The position numbers and the translations under genes were made by a program. Shown here in pieces: positions 29,057-37,396 of a DNA stretch of 52,053 nucleotides (position 1 is the stretch's first letter; each line of letters starts with the position of its first letter). The notes beneath the pieces are model-generated. The model saw only the letters and a program-made list of their open reading frames with translations, did not search any database and was not told the DNA's origin. Source of the DNA: an uncultured Clostridium sp. (lineage in GTDB: Bacteria; Bacillota_I; Bacilli_A; Acholeplasmatales; Anaeroplasmataceae); contig CAMNGZ010000001.1 of the NCBI GenBank assembly GCA_946538835.1, forward strand, positions 1 through 52,053, given 5' to 3'.

Positions 29057-29842
29057 ATGAAAAAAAGATTTTTATCCTTACTAGGATTAATTTCTTTATT
29101 TTCACTTTCAGGATGCAATTCAATAACTGCTGTAAATATTGACGGAGATCCTAAGGTCGTTAAAAAAGAATTAGATTCTAGTATTACAAAATTTGAAACA
29201 GATTGTTTGAACGTAGGAAAAGATGCCTTAATCACATACCAATATTCTAAAGATGAAACAAGTATAAATATGTCTTACAAATCAGGTCTTGATGAATATG
29301 GTATTGATTTTCAATATGGTTTAGGAAAATTACTTGTAAAAACTAATTCTAATCAACAACTAACTAATACTGGTTTAGAAATCGTTGTAAAAGGAGCTTT
29401 TAAAGAACTTTCATTAGACGGAAATTATAGTTTCAAATTTGATGGATTTGGTGCAAACCAAATGAATATTGTTATCAACGGTAACATAAATTTTACAGGT
29501 GAAGATTTTGAAGCCGGTAGCAAATACGATATAACAGTAAACGGTACTTCTAAAATGTATGCAAAAGGAGAAACTGATAACTTATTCTTAACTATCAATG
29601 GTAAAGCTAACGCTAACTTTAAAGAACTTGTAACAAAATCAAGTACCATCTCGACTCAAGGTGCAAGTGAAGTTGAATTATCTGTAACAAATACCTTGGC
29701 ATATACAATAAATGGTTCTTCTCATTTAGCTTATTATGGTAGTCCTCAAATAACACAAAAAGTTAAAAATGGGCTTGCAACAGTTTCAAAAAAATATTCA
29801 AAAACTTATCCCGAATTTTTATATGATGAACAAAATTCTTAA
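29057..29842 (+). CDS. Lipoprotein with head-GIN (DUF2807-like) beta-helical domain
   Basis: Signal MKKRFLSLLGLISLFSLSGC (lipobox L-S-G-C). Repetitive ...INGN.NF.G..., ...VNGTSKMYAKG..., ...INGKANANF... and the ending TINGSSHLAYYGSPQ are typical of that family. Confidence 0.7.
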   Translation: MKKRFLSLLGLISLFSLSGCNSITAVNIDGDPKVVKKELDSSITKFETDCLNVGKDALITYQYSKDETSINMSYKSGLDEYGIDFQYGLGKLLVKTNSNQQLTNTGLEIVVKGAFKELSLDGNYSFKFDGFGANQMNIVINGNINFTGEDFEAGSKYDITVNGTSKMYAKGETDNLFLTINGKANANFKELVTKSSTISTQGASEVELSVTNTLAYTINGSSHLAYYGSPQITQKVKNGLATVSKKYSKTYPEFLYDEQNS

Positions 29843-29867
29843 AACTCGATTTTATCGAGTTTTTTTA
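29843..29867 (+). terminator. Rho-independent terminator of the GIN-domain lipoprotein gene
   Basis: Stem actcgat pairs with atcgagt, followed by T6. Confidence 0.65.
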
Positions 29868-29871
29868 TCGC

Positions 29872-29900
29872 AAAAAAAAGATACTATTTCTAGTATCTCA
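29872..29900 (-). terminator. Rho-independent terminator of the 208-aa membrane protein gene
   Basis: Stem agatacta pairs with tagtatct. T8 on the minus strand. Confidence 0.65.
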
Positions 29901-29928
29901 ATTACTATATAAAAATAATAAACAAATG

Positions 29929-30555
29929 CTAAATAGATTCTTTATAAATCTTCTTATTAACAAAAACCAATAAATAAGCCAACAATCCACTAAAGCCCAC
30001 AAATATTAATCCAAATAAAAAAGTCTTTAAATATCCCATTTTAACACTGTCTAAAAAGAAATAAGGAGCACTAATTTGTTTGTAATAAACAAATGTTATA
30101 ACCAATATTCCATATACAAATGTATATAAACAAGCTAGAATATAAAACCATTTATTATCTAATTTTTTATTAGATTCAAACTTTGTAAAACTAATTACAC
30201 CAATTATAGGACATAAAACATGTAAGAATAATAGTCCATGTGGAAACAAATAATCTAAATATCCTTTAAAACCATTTTTACTAGCACCGTTTGGTCCTAA
30301 TACAAATATAACAGTTAAGAATGTAATTAGTAAGCCAATAGTAGAAATCATCTTTAAATATAACATTATATTATTCAAAACCGCATTTTTTTTGAAATAA
30401 TATATGATGTATAACAATGATGCAAACATAGCTAATACATTAGATAAATTAGTATAAAACTTAAAATCTAAAAAATGATTTTGTTCAACCATTGACCAAG
30501 TCAATCCAATTACTTCAGCTATAAATAGTATAATGTTTAAAATAAGCGATCTCAT
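29929..30555 (-). CDS. Polytopic membrane protein, unknown function
   Basis: 208 aa, about 6 TM helices. Excellent RBS AAGGAGGT. Confidence 0.6.
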   Translation of the reverse strand: MRSLILNIILFIAEVIGLTWSMVEQNHFLDFKFYTNLSNVLAMFASLLYIIYYFKKNAVLNNIMLYLKMISTIGLLITFLTVIFVLGPNGASKNGFKGYLDYLFPHGLLFLHVLCPIIGVISFTKFESNKKLDNKWFYILACLYTFVYGILVITFVYYKQISAPYFFLDSVKMGYLKTFLFGLIFVGFSGLLAYLLVFVNKKIYKESI

Positions 30556-30664
30556 TTAATATACCTCCTTAAATAATTCTAATTAATAAATGATATAAAT
30601 TAATATACAAAAAATAAAAAGTGTATAAGTTAAAAAAATTACTTATACACTTTAATAATTTTTG

Positions 30665-31561
30665 TTAGTCTAATTTAGATAAAAAATCATTTAAGGTTTT
30701 AATATATAATTCATTTTGATCATAATATGTACGATGACGTGAATATTGGAACAAAACCCAAGACTTAGTTGTTTCTAAATTATCATACATAGTTTTATTT
30801 TGAAATGGAGTAGATTCATCTTGCTCACCACTCAAAATTAAAACAGGACATTTAATATTTTTAAGTTTATCTGTATATTCATAATTAGATAAATTTCCTG
30901 TAGGACTAAACTCTGATTTTCCCCAAGCCGTGATATATGAAACACTACTATCAGGCTTAACACGGCTCAAGCATTCAGGGTCAAAGCTTTGAGGCTCAGA
31001 AAAGATAAAACGATTTGTGTAATCTTTATAAGCTAATGAAAGTAATTTCTTATCAACATCAAGACCTGCTTCGTCATCTAGTAACACCTTCTTAAATTCA
31101 GGAGACAGATTGTTTAATAATTTGTGCGTTTCTTCTCTCCAAAGGCTAGCACTAGATAATGTTGATGATAATATTGCTGAATTGATTCCTTTAGGATTGT
31201 AATCACATAAATAAATGATAAGTAACATACCACCCCAAGAATGTCCTAAAATATTAACATTATCTAAATGTAATTTGTTTCTAAGATTAATAAGCTCTTC
31301 TACCCAAGTATCTTTGTTATAAATTTCTTTTTTATCATCAGGTCTACTTGATAAGCCACAACCTAGTTGATCATACATAATAAGTGGTCTATCAGATAAA
31401 ATAGCTAATTTATCTAACAATTCAAAAGAATTATGAGTTGAACCAGGTCCGCCATGCAAGAATAATAATGGTGTGTTTTTACCATTTGGATTTACGATTC
31501 TATAATAAGTATGATAAGATTTAAAATCTATATATCCTTCTTTAATCTCCAAAATATTCAT
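30665..31561 (-). CDS. Proline iminopeptidase family alpha/beta hydrolase (S33)
   Basis: LLFLHGGPGSTHNSFE and nucleophile GHSWGGML. The start at M17 fits the family N-terminus, but its RBS spacing is poor, so 31609 remains possible. Confidence 0.8.
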   Translation of the reverse strand: MNILEIKEGYIDFKSYHTYYRIVNPNGKNTPLLFLHGGPGSTHNSFELLDKLAILSDRPLIMYDQLGCGLSSRPDDKKEIYNKDTWVEELINLRNKLHLDNVNILGHSWGGMLLIIYLCDYNPKGINSAILSSTLSSASLWREETHKLLNNLSPEFKKVLLDDEAGLDVDKKLLSLAYKDYTNRFIFSEPQSFDPECLSRVKPDSSVSYITAWGKSEFSPTGNLSNYEYTDKLKNIKCPVLILSGEQDESTPFQNKTMYDNLETTKSWVLFQYSRHRTYYDQNELYIKTLNDFLSKLD

Positions 31562-31778
31562 CTCCAATTTTATGCTTTTTAACATAATGTCTATAAATGC
31601 CATAAGCAATTAGTCCTATCCAAATAAGAGCTAATATAATTAAAATAAATAAGAATCCAAATGAATTTATTTTATCTTTAAAAAAGCATAATGATAAAAA
31701 TAAAATAACAAGCATTAGAAACAAGATTTTGATTAAATTAAAACTTAAGTTTTCTTTTTTAATAACTGTTTTTTTCAT
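31542..31778 (-). CDS. Small two-TM membrane protein (hypothetical)
   Basis: 78 aa with two hydrophobic helices. Weak RBS AAAGGTA. The 3' end overlaps the peptidase start. Confidence 0.4.
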   Translation of the reverse strand: MKKTVIKKENLSFNLIKILFLMLVILFLSLCFFKDKINSFGFLFILIILALIWIGLIAYGIYRHYVKKHKIGDEYFGD

Positions 31779-31821
31779 AAAAAATACCTTTATGTATATG
31801 ATAACATAAAGGTAAATAAAT

Positions 31822-32763
31822 TTAAATATTTAGCAATAAACTTACAAGAGGAATTGTAATAACTGAACAAATTGTTGATAATACAACCATGTTACAGCTA
31901 GTTTCTTCTTCATGATGAACCATTTCAGCTAGATTTGCAACCATAGATGCACAAGGTACAGCTGATAATATTAAAATAGAAGCCTTAAATTCAAATGATA
32001 ATACTGGTATATATCTTACAATGAAATAACAAACAATAGGGAATATTATCATCTTCATCAAAATAGTTAAATATGCAAAACCATTATTAAATAAATTAAT
32101 AATTTTTGTTGTAGATAAACGAACACCCAGAATAATCATACAAAGTGGTGTAGTCATAGACCCCATGACATTGATGGCATTTGTTAATTGAACAGGAATA
32201 TATTTATAAGCACTTAACAAATATAAAGGTAACGCAATAATTAAACCAATTGAAGCAGGATTTAATAAAGCTTTCTTTAAAGATATGTATTTCTTATCTT
32301 GTGTGATTGCAAATACCCCAATAGTAAATACTAAGATATTCATTGAACATACATATACACATGAGAAGCATGAAACAATTTGATATTGACTTAATACCGC
32401 TTTTATAATAGGTAGTCCAAAGAAACCAACATTACCTAAGCAAGAACCAATATTAAACAATCTAATTCTTGCATCACTATATTTCTTACTTAAAAATAAG
32501 AATAAAACAATAAAGAATAATATTTGTAAAAAAAGTGATACAAAGAAGAAAATAGTCATTTGTATGAAATCACTAGAATTAAAATCTTTCATACTTAAGA
32601 AAGAGCCAATAATTAAAAGTGGCATACAAATATAAACAAGTAAGCTTGAAATTGATGCCAAATGTTCTTCATCAATTTTTTTAACCTTGCCTAAAACATA
32701 TCCAGGTATAATATAAAGCACAGTAATTAAAACGTTAATAATAGTAATATTAAAAACTTCCAT
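31822..32763 (-). CDS. AEC (auxin efflux carrier) family transporter
   Basis: 313 aa, about 10 TM. The N-terminus ...VLITVLYIIPGYVLGK and overall architecture are typical. RBS AGAGGGTGA. Confidence 0.75.
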   Translation of the reverse strand: MEVFNITIINVLITVLYIIPGYVLGKVKKIDEEHLASISSLLVYICMPLLIIGSFLSMKDFNSSDFIQMTIFFFVSLFLQILFFIVLFLFLSKKYSDARIRLFNIGSCLGNVGFFGLPIIKAVLSQYQIVSCFSCVYVCSMNILVFTIGVFAITQDKKYISLKKALLNPASIGLIIALPLYLLSAYKYIPVQLTNAINVMGSMTTPLCMIILGVRLSTTKIINLFNNGFAYLTILMKMIIFPIVCYFIVRYIPVLSFEFKASILILSAVPCASMVANLAEMVHHEEETSCNMVVLSTICSVITIPLVSLLLNI

Positions 32764-32792
32764 AAATTCACCCTCTAAAAAAAGTGATTAAA

Positions 32793-32821
32793 ATTATATT
32801 CCTAACGACATTCTCTTTCAA
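32793..32821 (-). promoter_or_regulatory. Sigma-A type promoter of the AEC transporter gene
   Basis: On the minus strand: TTGAAA (32816-32821), a 17-nt spacer, then TATAAT (32793-32798). Confidence 0.55.
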
Positions 32822-32836
32822 GTGCTTTTTTTTCCC

Positions 32837-32871
32837 AAAAAGAAAAAGATGTTAATTTTTAGATTAACATC
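32837..32871 (-). terminator. Rho-independent terminator of the Sel1-repeat gene
   Basis: Stem gatgttaat (32848-32856) pairs with attaacatc (32863-32871). T-rich run on the minus strand. Confidence 0.6.
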
Positions 32872-32878
32872 ATCTTTT

Positions 32879-34840
32879 CTAATTAATCATATGATTTAAA
32901 ACGTATTTTACCTTTAAATAATATTTATAATCTTTTGTAAGTTCATTCTCACTTATAAATAAAACCTTATAAACACTTAAGATTTGTTCACGGTTATGTA
33001 TGTCTATAACAACTCTGTCATCAGGATGGATATCAAGTCCGTCACAAGAAACTAAAAGTGGTGCTTCTTCACTTAATTTTTGATTATCGACTAATAAAAG
33101 ACACATCTTATGAATTGGCAATTCTTCAGTAAGTTTCTTGTCTAATATAAGGTTAGGCTCAACAATGAAGAATGACTTTTTATCATTTAAGAAAAATATA
33201 ATAAAGTCATCATCTTCATTTTCCTCTATGTCAAATTTAAAGTTTTTAAGACTACCATTAGAATACTCAGTTATAGGACTAAATCCTTCAATAATAATTT
33301 CTTTAGTAAAAATAGATTTACCATAATCACCTAAAGTTAATAATAAATCTAAATCATTATTCTTAGGTACATATATTTTCAATCTTATCTTCTCATTTTT
33401 TAATGGAAATATTTCATATCTTAATTCGGATTTAAACAAATTTAAATCTTGGAACACATCATGGAATAATAAAGAATCCATTGCCATTTTTTTAGATTCA
33501 AGTTTTATATATTCAAAATCATGATAATAATTATTTACTTTTTCAAAAACTTGATTATCTCCAATATAATCAATTGTTGATTGACGAATTGCTAATGTAT
33601 ATTTTGATTCTGTAATAAATCTTTTAGCTAAATGCTTATTCTCTTTTTCAGTTGGAAAAATATTTTTAGTATCTAATACCTTGGCCATTCTAAATAATAC
33701 ATCCGGAAATTTAGACAAATGGTTTCCCATCAAGAAATTTGTCTTTTCATCTTTATATAATTCCTTTAAGATATTAAATGCAGTATCAAAATTCGCTTTT
33801 ACACCAAGACCGTTTGAAATCATATCATATAGTTTCAATTTGGCTTCAGCATTGCCATTTAAACTAGCTAAACTAAAACATTTAAACGCTTTATCATAAT
33901 CAGGTTCACCAGATGGATTATGATAATAATATAAATAACCTAAAGTATTAAATGCGTCTACATCAGATAAATCAACTAATTTATTTAATAAAACTTCTGC
34001 TTCTTTATAATCAGGTTTCCAAAAGAAAGCACCTTCATAATCTAGATATGCCTTAGCTTTAGTCGCAAGTATATCATTTAAGGAAATTAAATTATCTAAA
34101 TATAATCTAAATGTTTCGAGTAATTTCGGATTATCTTTGAACATATAATAATTAGCCTCTTGAGCATGTGTCTCAACAAAATGAGACATAATGATTTTAC
34201 TGCGAGAATTAGTCAAATTATTAAAATAATCAATTTCTGTTTTAACACTTTCTATAATATCAGTTAAATTATATAAATAGTCTTCATAAAATAATTTACA
34301 TAGAGACAATATAAATACTACATATGTGATTTCAGGATCATTTAAAAATAAATCACAAGTATTAGTATCAACTGAATCAACAAGAATTCGAAATCTAGGA
34401 TCTTTTAGTATAAGATTTTTATAATTATCAAAAGATGAACCATCTAGATTAGGATTTTTAGTTAAAAACTCATATAAATCATTTAATGAAAAATCAATTA
34501 AATCATAATAATCATATCCATTGTTAACATTTAGATATCCGCAAAGCTCATTATAATTGATATCACCTTTTAAGAACTTTTTAGCTTCATCTTTAGTAAC
34601 TAATTTGGGTAACATATGATCTACATGCAATTCTGACTTTTTAATTTCAATATAACCTTCACTATTTAAAGGAAACATTAAATTATCATATAGATCATAA
34701 AATGGTTCAATTTGTTCATCATAATAAGGATCTAAATAAATTAAATCCATAGCTTCAAATCCAAAAAAAACATCACCTTTTTTTAATATATTCTTATAAT
34801 CTTCTAGGACTAAAATAAAATGAGGTTGATTAAGTTCCAT
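32879..34840 (-). CDS. Large cytoplasmic protein with central Sel1-like repeats, otherwise unknown
   Basis: 653 aa, no signal peptide or TM helix. AFNTLGYLYYYHNPSGEPDYDKAFKCFSLASLNGNAEAKLKLYDMISNGLGVKANFDTAFNILKELY fits two Sel1/TPR-like repeats. RBS AAAGGAGA. Confidence 0.6.
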   Translation of the reverse strand: MELNQPHFILVLEDYKNILKKGDVFFGFEAMDLIYLDPYYDEQIEPFYDLYDNLMFPLNSEGYIEIKKSELHVDHMLPKLVTKDEAKKFLKGDINYNELCGYLNVNNGYDYYDLIDFSLNDLYEFLTKNPNLDGSSFDNYKNLILKDPRFRILVDSVDTNTCDLFLNDPEITYVVFILSLCKLFYEDYLYNLTDIIESVKTEIDYFNNLTNSRSKIIMSHFVETHAQEANYYMFKDNPKLLETFRLYLDNLISLNDILATKAKAYLDYEGAFFWKPDYKEAEVLLNKLVDLSDVDAFNTLGYLYYYHNPSGEPDYDKAFKCFSLASLNGNAEAKLKLYDMISNGLGVKANFDTAFNILKELYKDEKTNFLMGNHLSKFPDVLFRMAKVLDTKNIFPTEKENKHLAKRFITESKYTLAIRQSTIDYIGDNQVFEKVNNYYHDFEYIKLESKKMAMDSLLFHDVFQDLNLFKSELRYEIFPLKNEKIRLKIYVPKNNDLDLLLTLGDYGKSIFTKEIIIEGFSPITEYSNGSLKNFKFDIEENEDDDFIIFFLNDKKSFFIVEPNLILDKKLTEELPIHKMCLLLVDNQKLSEEAPLLVSCDGLDIHPDDRVVIDIHNREQILSVYKVLFISENELTKDYKYYLKVKYVLNHMIN

Positions 34841-34960
34841 GATATCTCGTCTCCTTTTATATTATTATACAATAATTTTTATCTAACATAAATAAAAAAG
34901 CATTCCCCTAAGAAGTAAAATCAGTAAAAACTAAAGAATACTTCAAAAGGTGAATGCTTA

Positions 34961-36085
34961 CTATTTTTTAAATAATAAATCATGCAATGTTTGATGGATA
35001 TTATAATCTTTTAGTGCATCTTCAACTAATTTTAAGCTAGCCATATTAAATTCATCACTTTTTTTAATAGCTCTGATTAAAATATTCTTTGGAGTTTGAG
35101 CAAAATCAATAAATTCAATCATTGAAACATCATAACCACAATATTCAAGTAAATTTGCACGAATTGAATCAGTCAAAATAGCACACATTCTATCCTTAAC
35201 TAATCCATACTTAGATATCAAAGGTATCGTATTTTTTTTCATTTGTAGATTTATTTCATGTTGGCAACAAGGAACAGATAATAAATATTTAGTTTTTAAC
35301 ATGATTGCATGATACATCGCAAAGTCTGTAGCAGTATCACAAGCATGTAGTGTAATAATCATATCAACATATTCTTTAGGTTGATATAATGAAATGTCTC
35401 CGATTTCAAAATTTAAATTTTGATAATTATATTTATCTCTAATCTGATTACATTTTTTAATTACATCATCTTTCAAATCGAGTCCAATCATATTGACTTT
35501 AATCTTTTTTACAAAAGTTAAATAATAATAAACAATAAAAGTCAAATAAGATTTACCGCAACCAAAATCAATAATATTTAGATGATCTTTCTTTTCATCT
35601 TTTAATACATCATCAATAATAGATAAGAAACGATTAATTTGTTTAAACTTGTCAAAATAAGTTTTAACAACCTTACCTTCCTTAGTCATAACACCTAAAT
35701 CAATTAATGGTTCTACAATCATTCCTTCTTCTATCAAATAATCTTTCTTACGATTATTTGATAAAGTAATAATTGAAGCCAAATTTTTCTTTTTATTACT
35801 AAGCAAATGACCTTTTGAAGTCAACTTATATCTATAAGTATAACCTTCAGTTTCAATTTCGACTTGATTAAAATATGTATTAAACGTATCTGTTAAAAAA
35901 TTAATAAGATCATCAAAAGAAACATTATAATGAAAAGCTTGTTTATCAGTAAATAATTCAAATTGAATAACTTCGTTATTCTTAATTTGAATACGAATAC
36001 CTTTACCTTTTTTATATTTTGAATCCTTCTTAGGATCACTAAAGATTACTCTATTTAATTTAGTTAAATCGATTTCGTTAAACAT
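34961..36085 (-). CDS. Class I SAM-dependent methyltransferase with an N-terminal accessory domain
   Basis: Motif I IIDFGCGKSYLT; acidic post-I IGLDL; FEIGDI. 374 aa. RBS AAAGGAG. Confidence 0.75.
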   Translation of the reverse strand: MFNEIDLTKLNRVIFSDPKKDSKYKKGKGIRIQIKNNEVIQFELFTDKQAFHYNVSFDDLINFLTDTFNTYFNQVEIETEGYTYRYKLTSKGHLLSNKKKNLASIITLSNNRKKDYLIEEGMIVEPLIDLGVMTKEGKVVKTYFDKFKQINRFLSIIDDVLKDEKKDHLNIIDFGCGKSYLTFIVYYYLTFVKKIKVNMIGLDLKDDVIKKCNQIRDKYNYQNLNFEIGDISLYQPKEYVDMIITLHACDTATDFAMYHAIMLKTKYLLSVPCCQHEINLQMKKNTIPLISKYGLVKDRMCAILTDSIRANLLEYCGYDVSMIEFIDFAQTPKNILIRAIKKSDEFNMASLKLVEDALKDYNIHQTLHDLLFKK

Positions 36086-36165
36086 GATTTAGACTCCTTT
36101 AGATAATTGATTTTATCACAAATAATCATTAAACAAAATAAAATGTTAAGTAAAAGCTTAACATT

Positions 36166-36486
36166 TTACATATTATTTAAACTATTGGTAATTTCTAAAA
36201 ACAAATCATCAACATTATTATACTTATTATATTTTTCACAAAGAATAATATTTTCACACCAATTAGGAGAATAATTAGATATTACAAAATGATGATTATA
36301 GAACTTTACATAAACATTTGTTGTCGGAGACTCAATATATTCTCTTTTTGAATAAGTTATAATTAATTCTTTAAAAATGCCATTATGAGCCTTAGATTCG
36401 CTTTTATACAAGGCTCTAGATAAAAAATCAGGCAATTCTTTATCTAGATATAATTTGTAAATATCTTGAAATGTTGGGTTTACCAT
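36166..36486 (-). CDS. Hypothetical protein
   Basis: 106 aa. RBS AAAGGGGTGG. Its own terminator hairpin atgttaag/cttaacat lies at 36132-36164. Confidence 0.5.
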   Translation of the reverse strand: MVNPTFQDIYKLYLDKELPDFLSRALYKSESKAHNGIFKELIITYSKREYIESPTTNVYVKFYNHHFVISNYSPNWCENIILCEKYNKYNNVDDLFLEITNSLNNM

Positions 36487-36590
36487 ATATAACCACCCCT
36501 TTAGTTATTTTTATTATACAATAAAATATAATATTTTAAAATCAACTTTGACATATAAATAGTTTTTGTTAAAATGTTTGTGGTGATTAT

Positions 36591-37367
36591 ATGTTAACAA
36601 AGAAAAATATAATAGATACATTTAAGAATTTAAACTTAAAAGATAATGATAATATTTTAATTCATTCAAGTTTAAAAAGTATTGGTCCTATTGAAGGAAA
36701 TGCCGAAGGCTTATTAGATACTTTAAAAACATATTTTAAAAATGGCCTTGTGATGTTTCCTATGCACACATGGAGTACTATCAATCAAGATTATGATACA
36801 CTCGATTTAACAAAACCTAATTCTTGTGTGGGTGAACTACCAAATATCGCATTTAGACAAGGATTTGAAAGATCACATCACCCAACTCATTCAATAATAG
36901 CTCATGGTAAAGATTTAAATTATTTAAAATATGATGATAATTCTACTACTCCTGTAAGTCCAAACGGATGCTTTGGAAGACTACATGAAATTGGCGCTAA
37001 AGTTATATTTATAGGTTGTCCTTTATCTAAATTCACATATATCCATTCTCTTGAAGAAAGATTTGATATTCCAGATAGATTTACAAGTCATACTTTTACA
37101 TTCTATTCTAAAGATCAATTGAATACGTACACATTTCATATGCCAAAACATTTCTCTACAAAAAATACTCATTTATCAATCCATTATTTAAAATTGGAAA
37201 AGCCTTTAAGAGCACTTGGAATTTTAAAAGATTTTAAGTTAGGTAATGCCAACTGTATGATAGTAGATACAAAAGAATGTTATAAATATGTTACAAAACT
37301 ATTAGAAAAAAATAAACATATTTTTGATGATTCTTCTGAAATTGATTTAAGTTTATATAATATTTAA
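36591..37367 (+). CDS. AAC(3) family aminoglycoside N-acetyltransferase-like protein
   Basis: ILIHSSLKSIGPIEGNAEGLLDTLKTYF..GLVMFPMHTW matches the AAC(3)/YokD N-terminal signature. 258 aa. Confidence 0.8.
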   Translation: MLTKKNIIDTFKNLNLKDNDNILIHSSLKSIGPIEGNAEGLLDTLKTYFKNGLVMFPMHTWSTINQDYDTLDLTKPNSCVGELPNIAFRQGFERSHHPTHSIIAHGKDLNYLKYDDNSTTPVSPNGCFGRLHEIGAKVIFIGCPLSKFTYIHSLEERFDIPDRFTSHTFTFYSKDQLNTYTFHMPKHFSTKNTHLSIHYLKLEKPLRALGILKDFKLGNANCMIVDTKECYKYVTKLLEKNKHIFDDSSEIDLSLYNI

Positions 37368-37396
37368 AAAATCCATATTTTGTATGGATTTTTTTT
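37366..37396. terminator. Bidirectional terminator between the aac(3)-like gene (+) and the HTH-membrane gene (-)
   Basis: Stem aatccata (37370-37377) pairs with tatggatt (37383-37390). A-run and T-run flank it. Confidence 0.6.

Noticed and set aside
34899-34962. Nested long hairpin (gcattc...gaatgc enclosing gaagta...tacttc) downstream of the methyltransferase gene, considered as a possible small RNA or riboswitch.
   Set aside because: On the minus strand it follows the stop codon directly and ends in a T-run. That fits an extended intrinsic terminator, and no conserved riboswitch core motif is recognisable.
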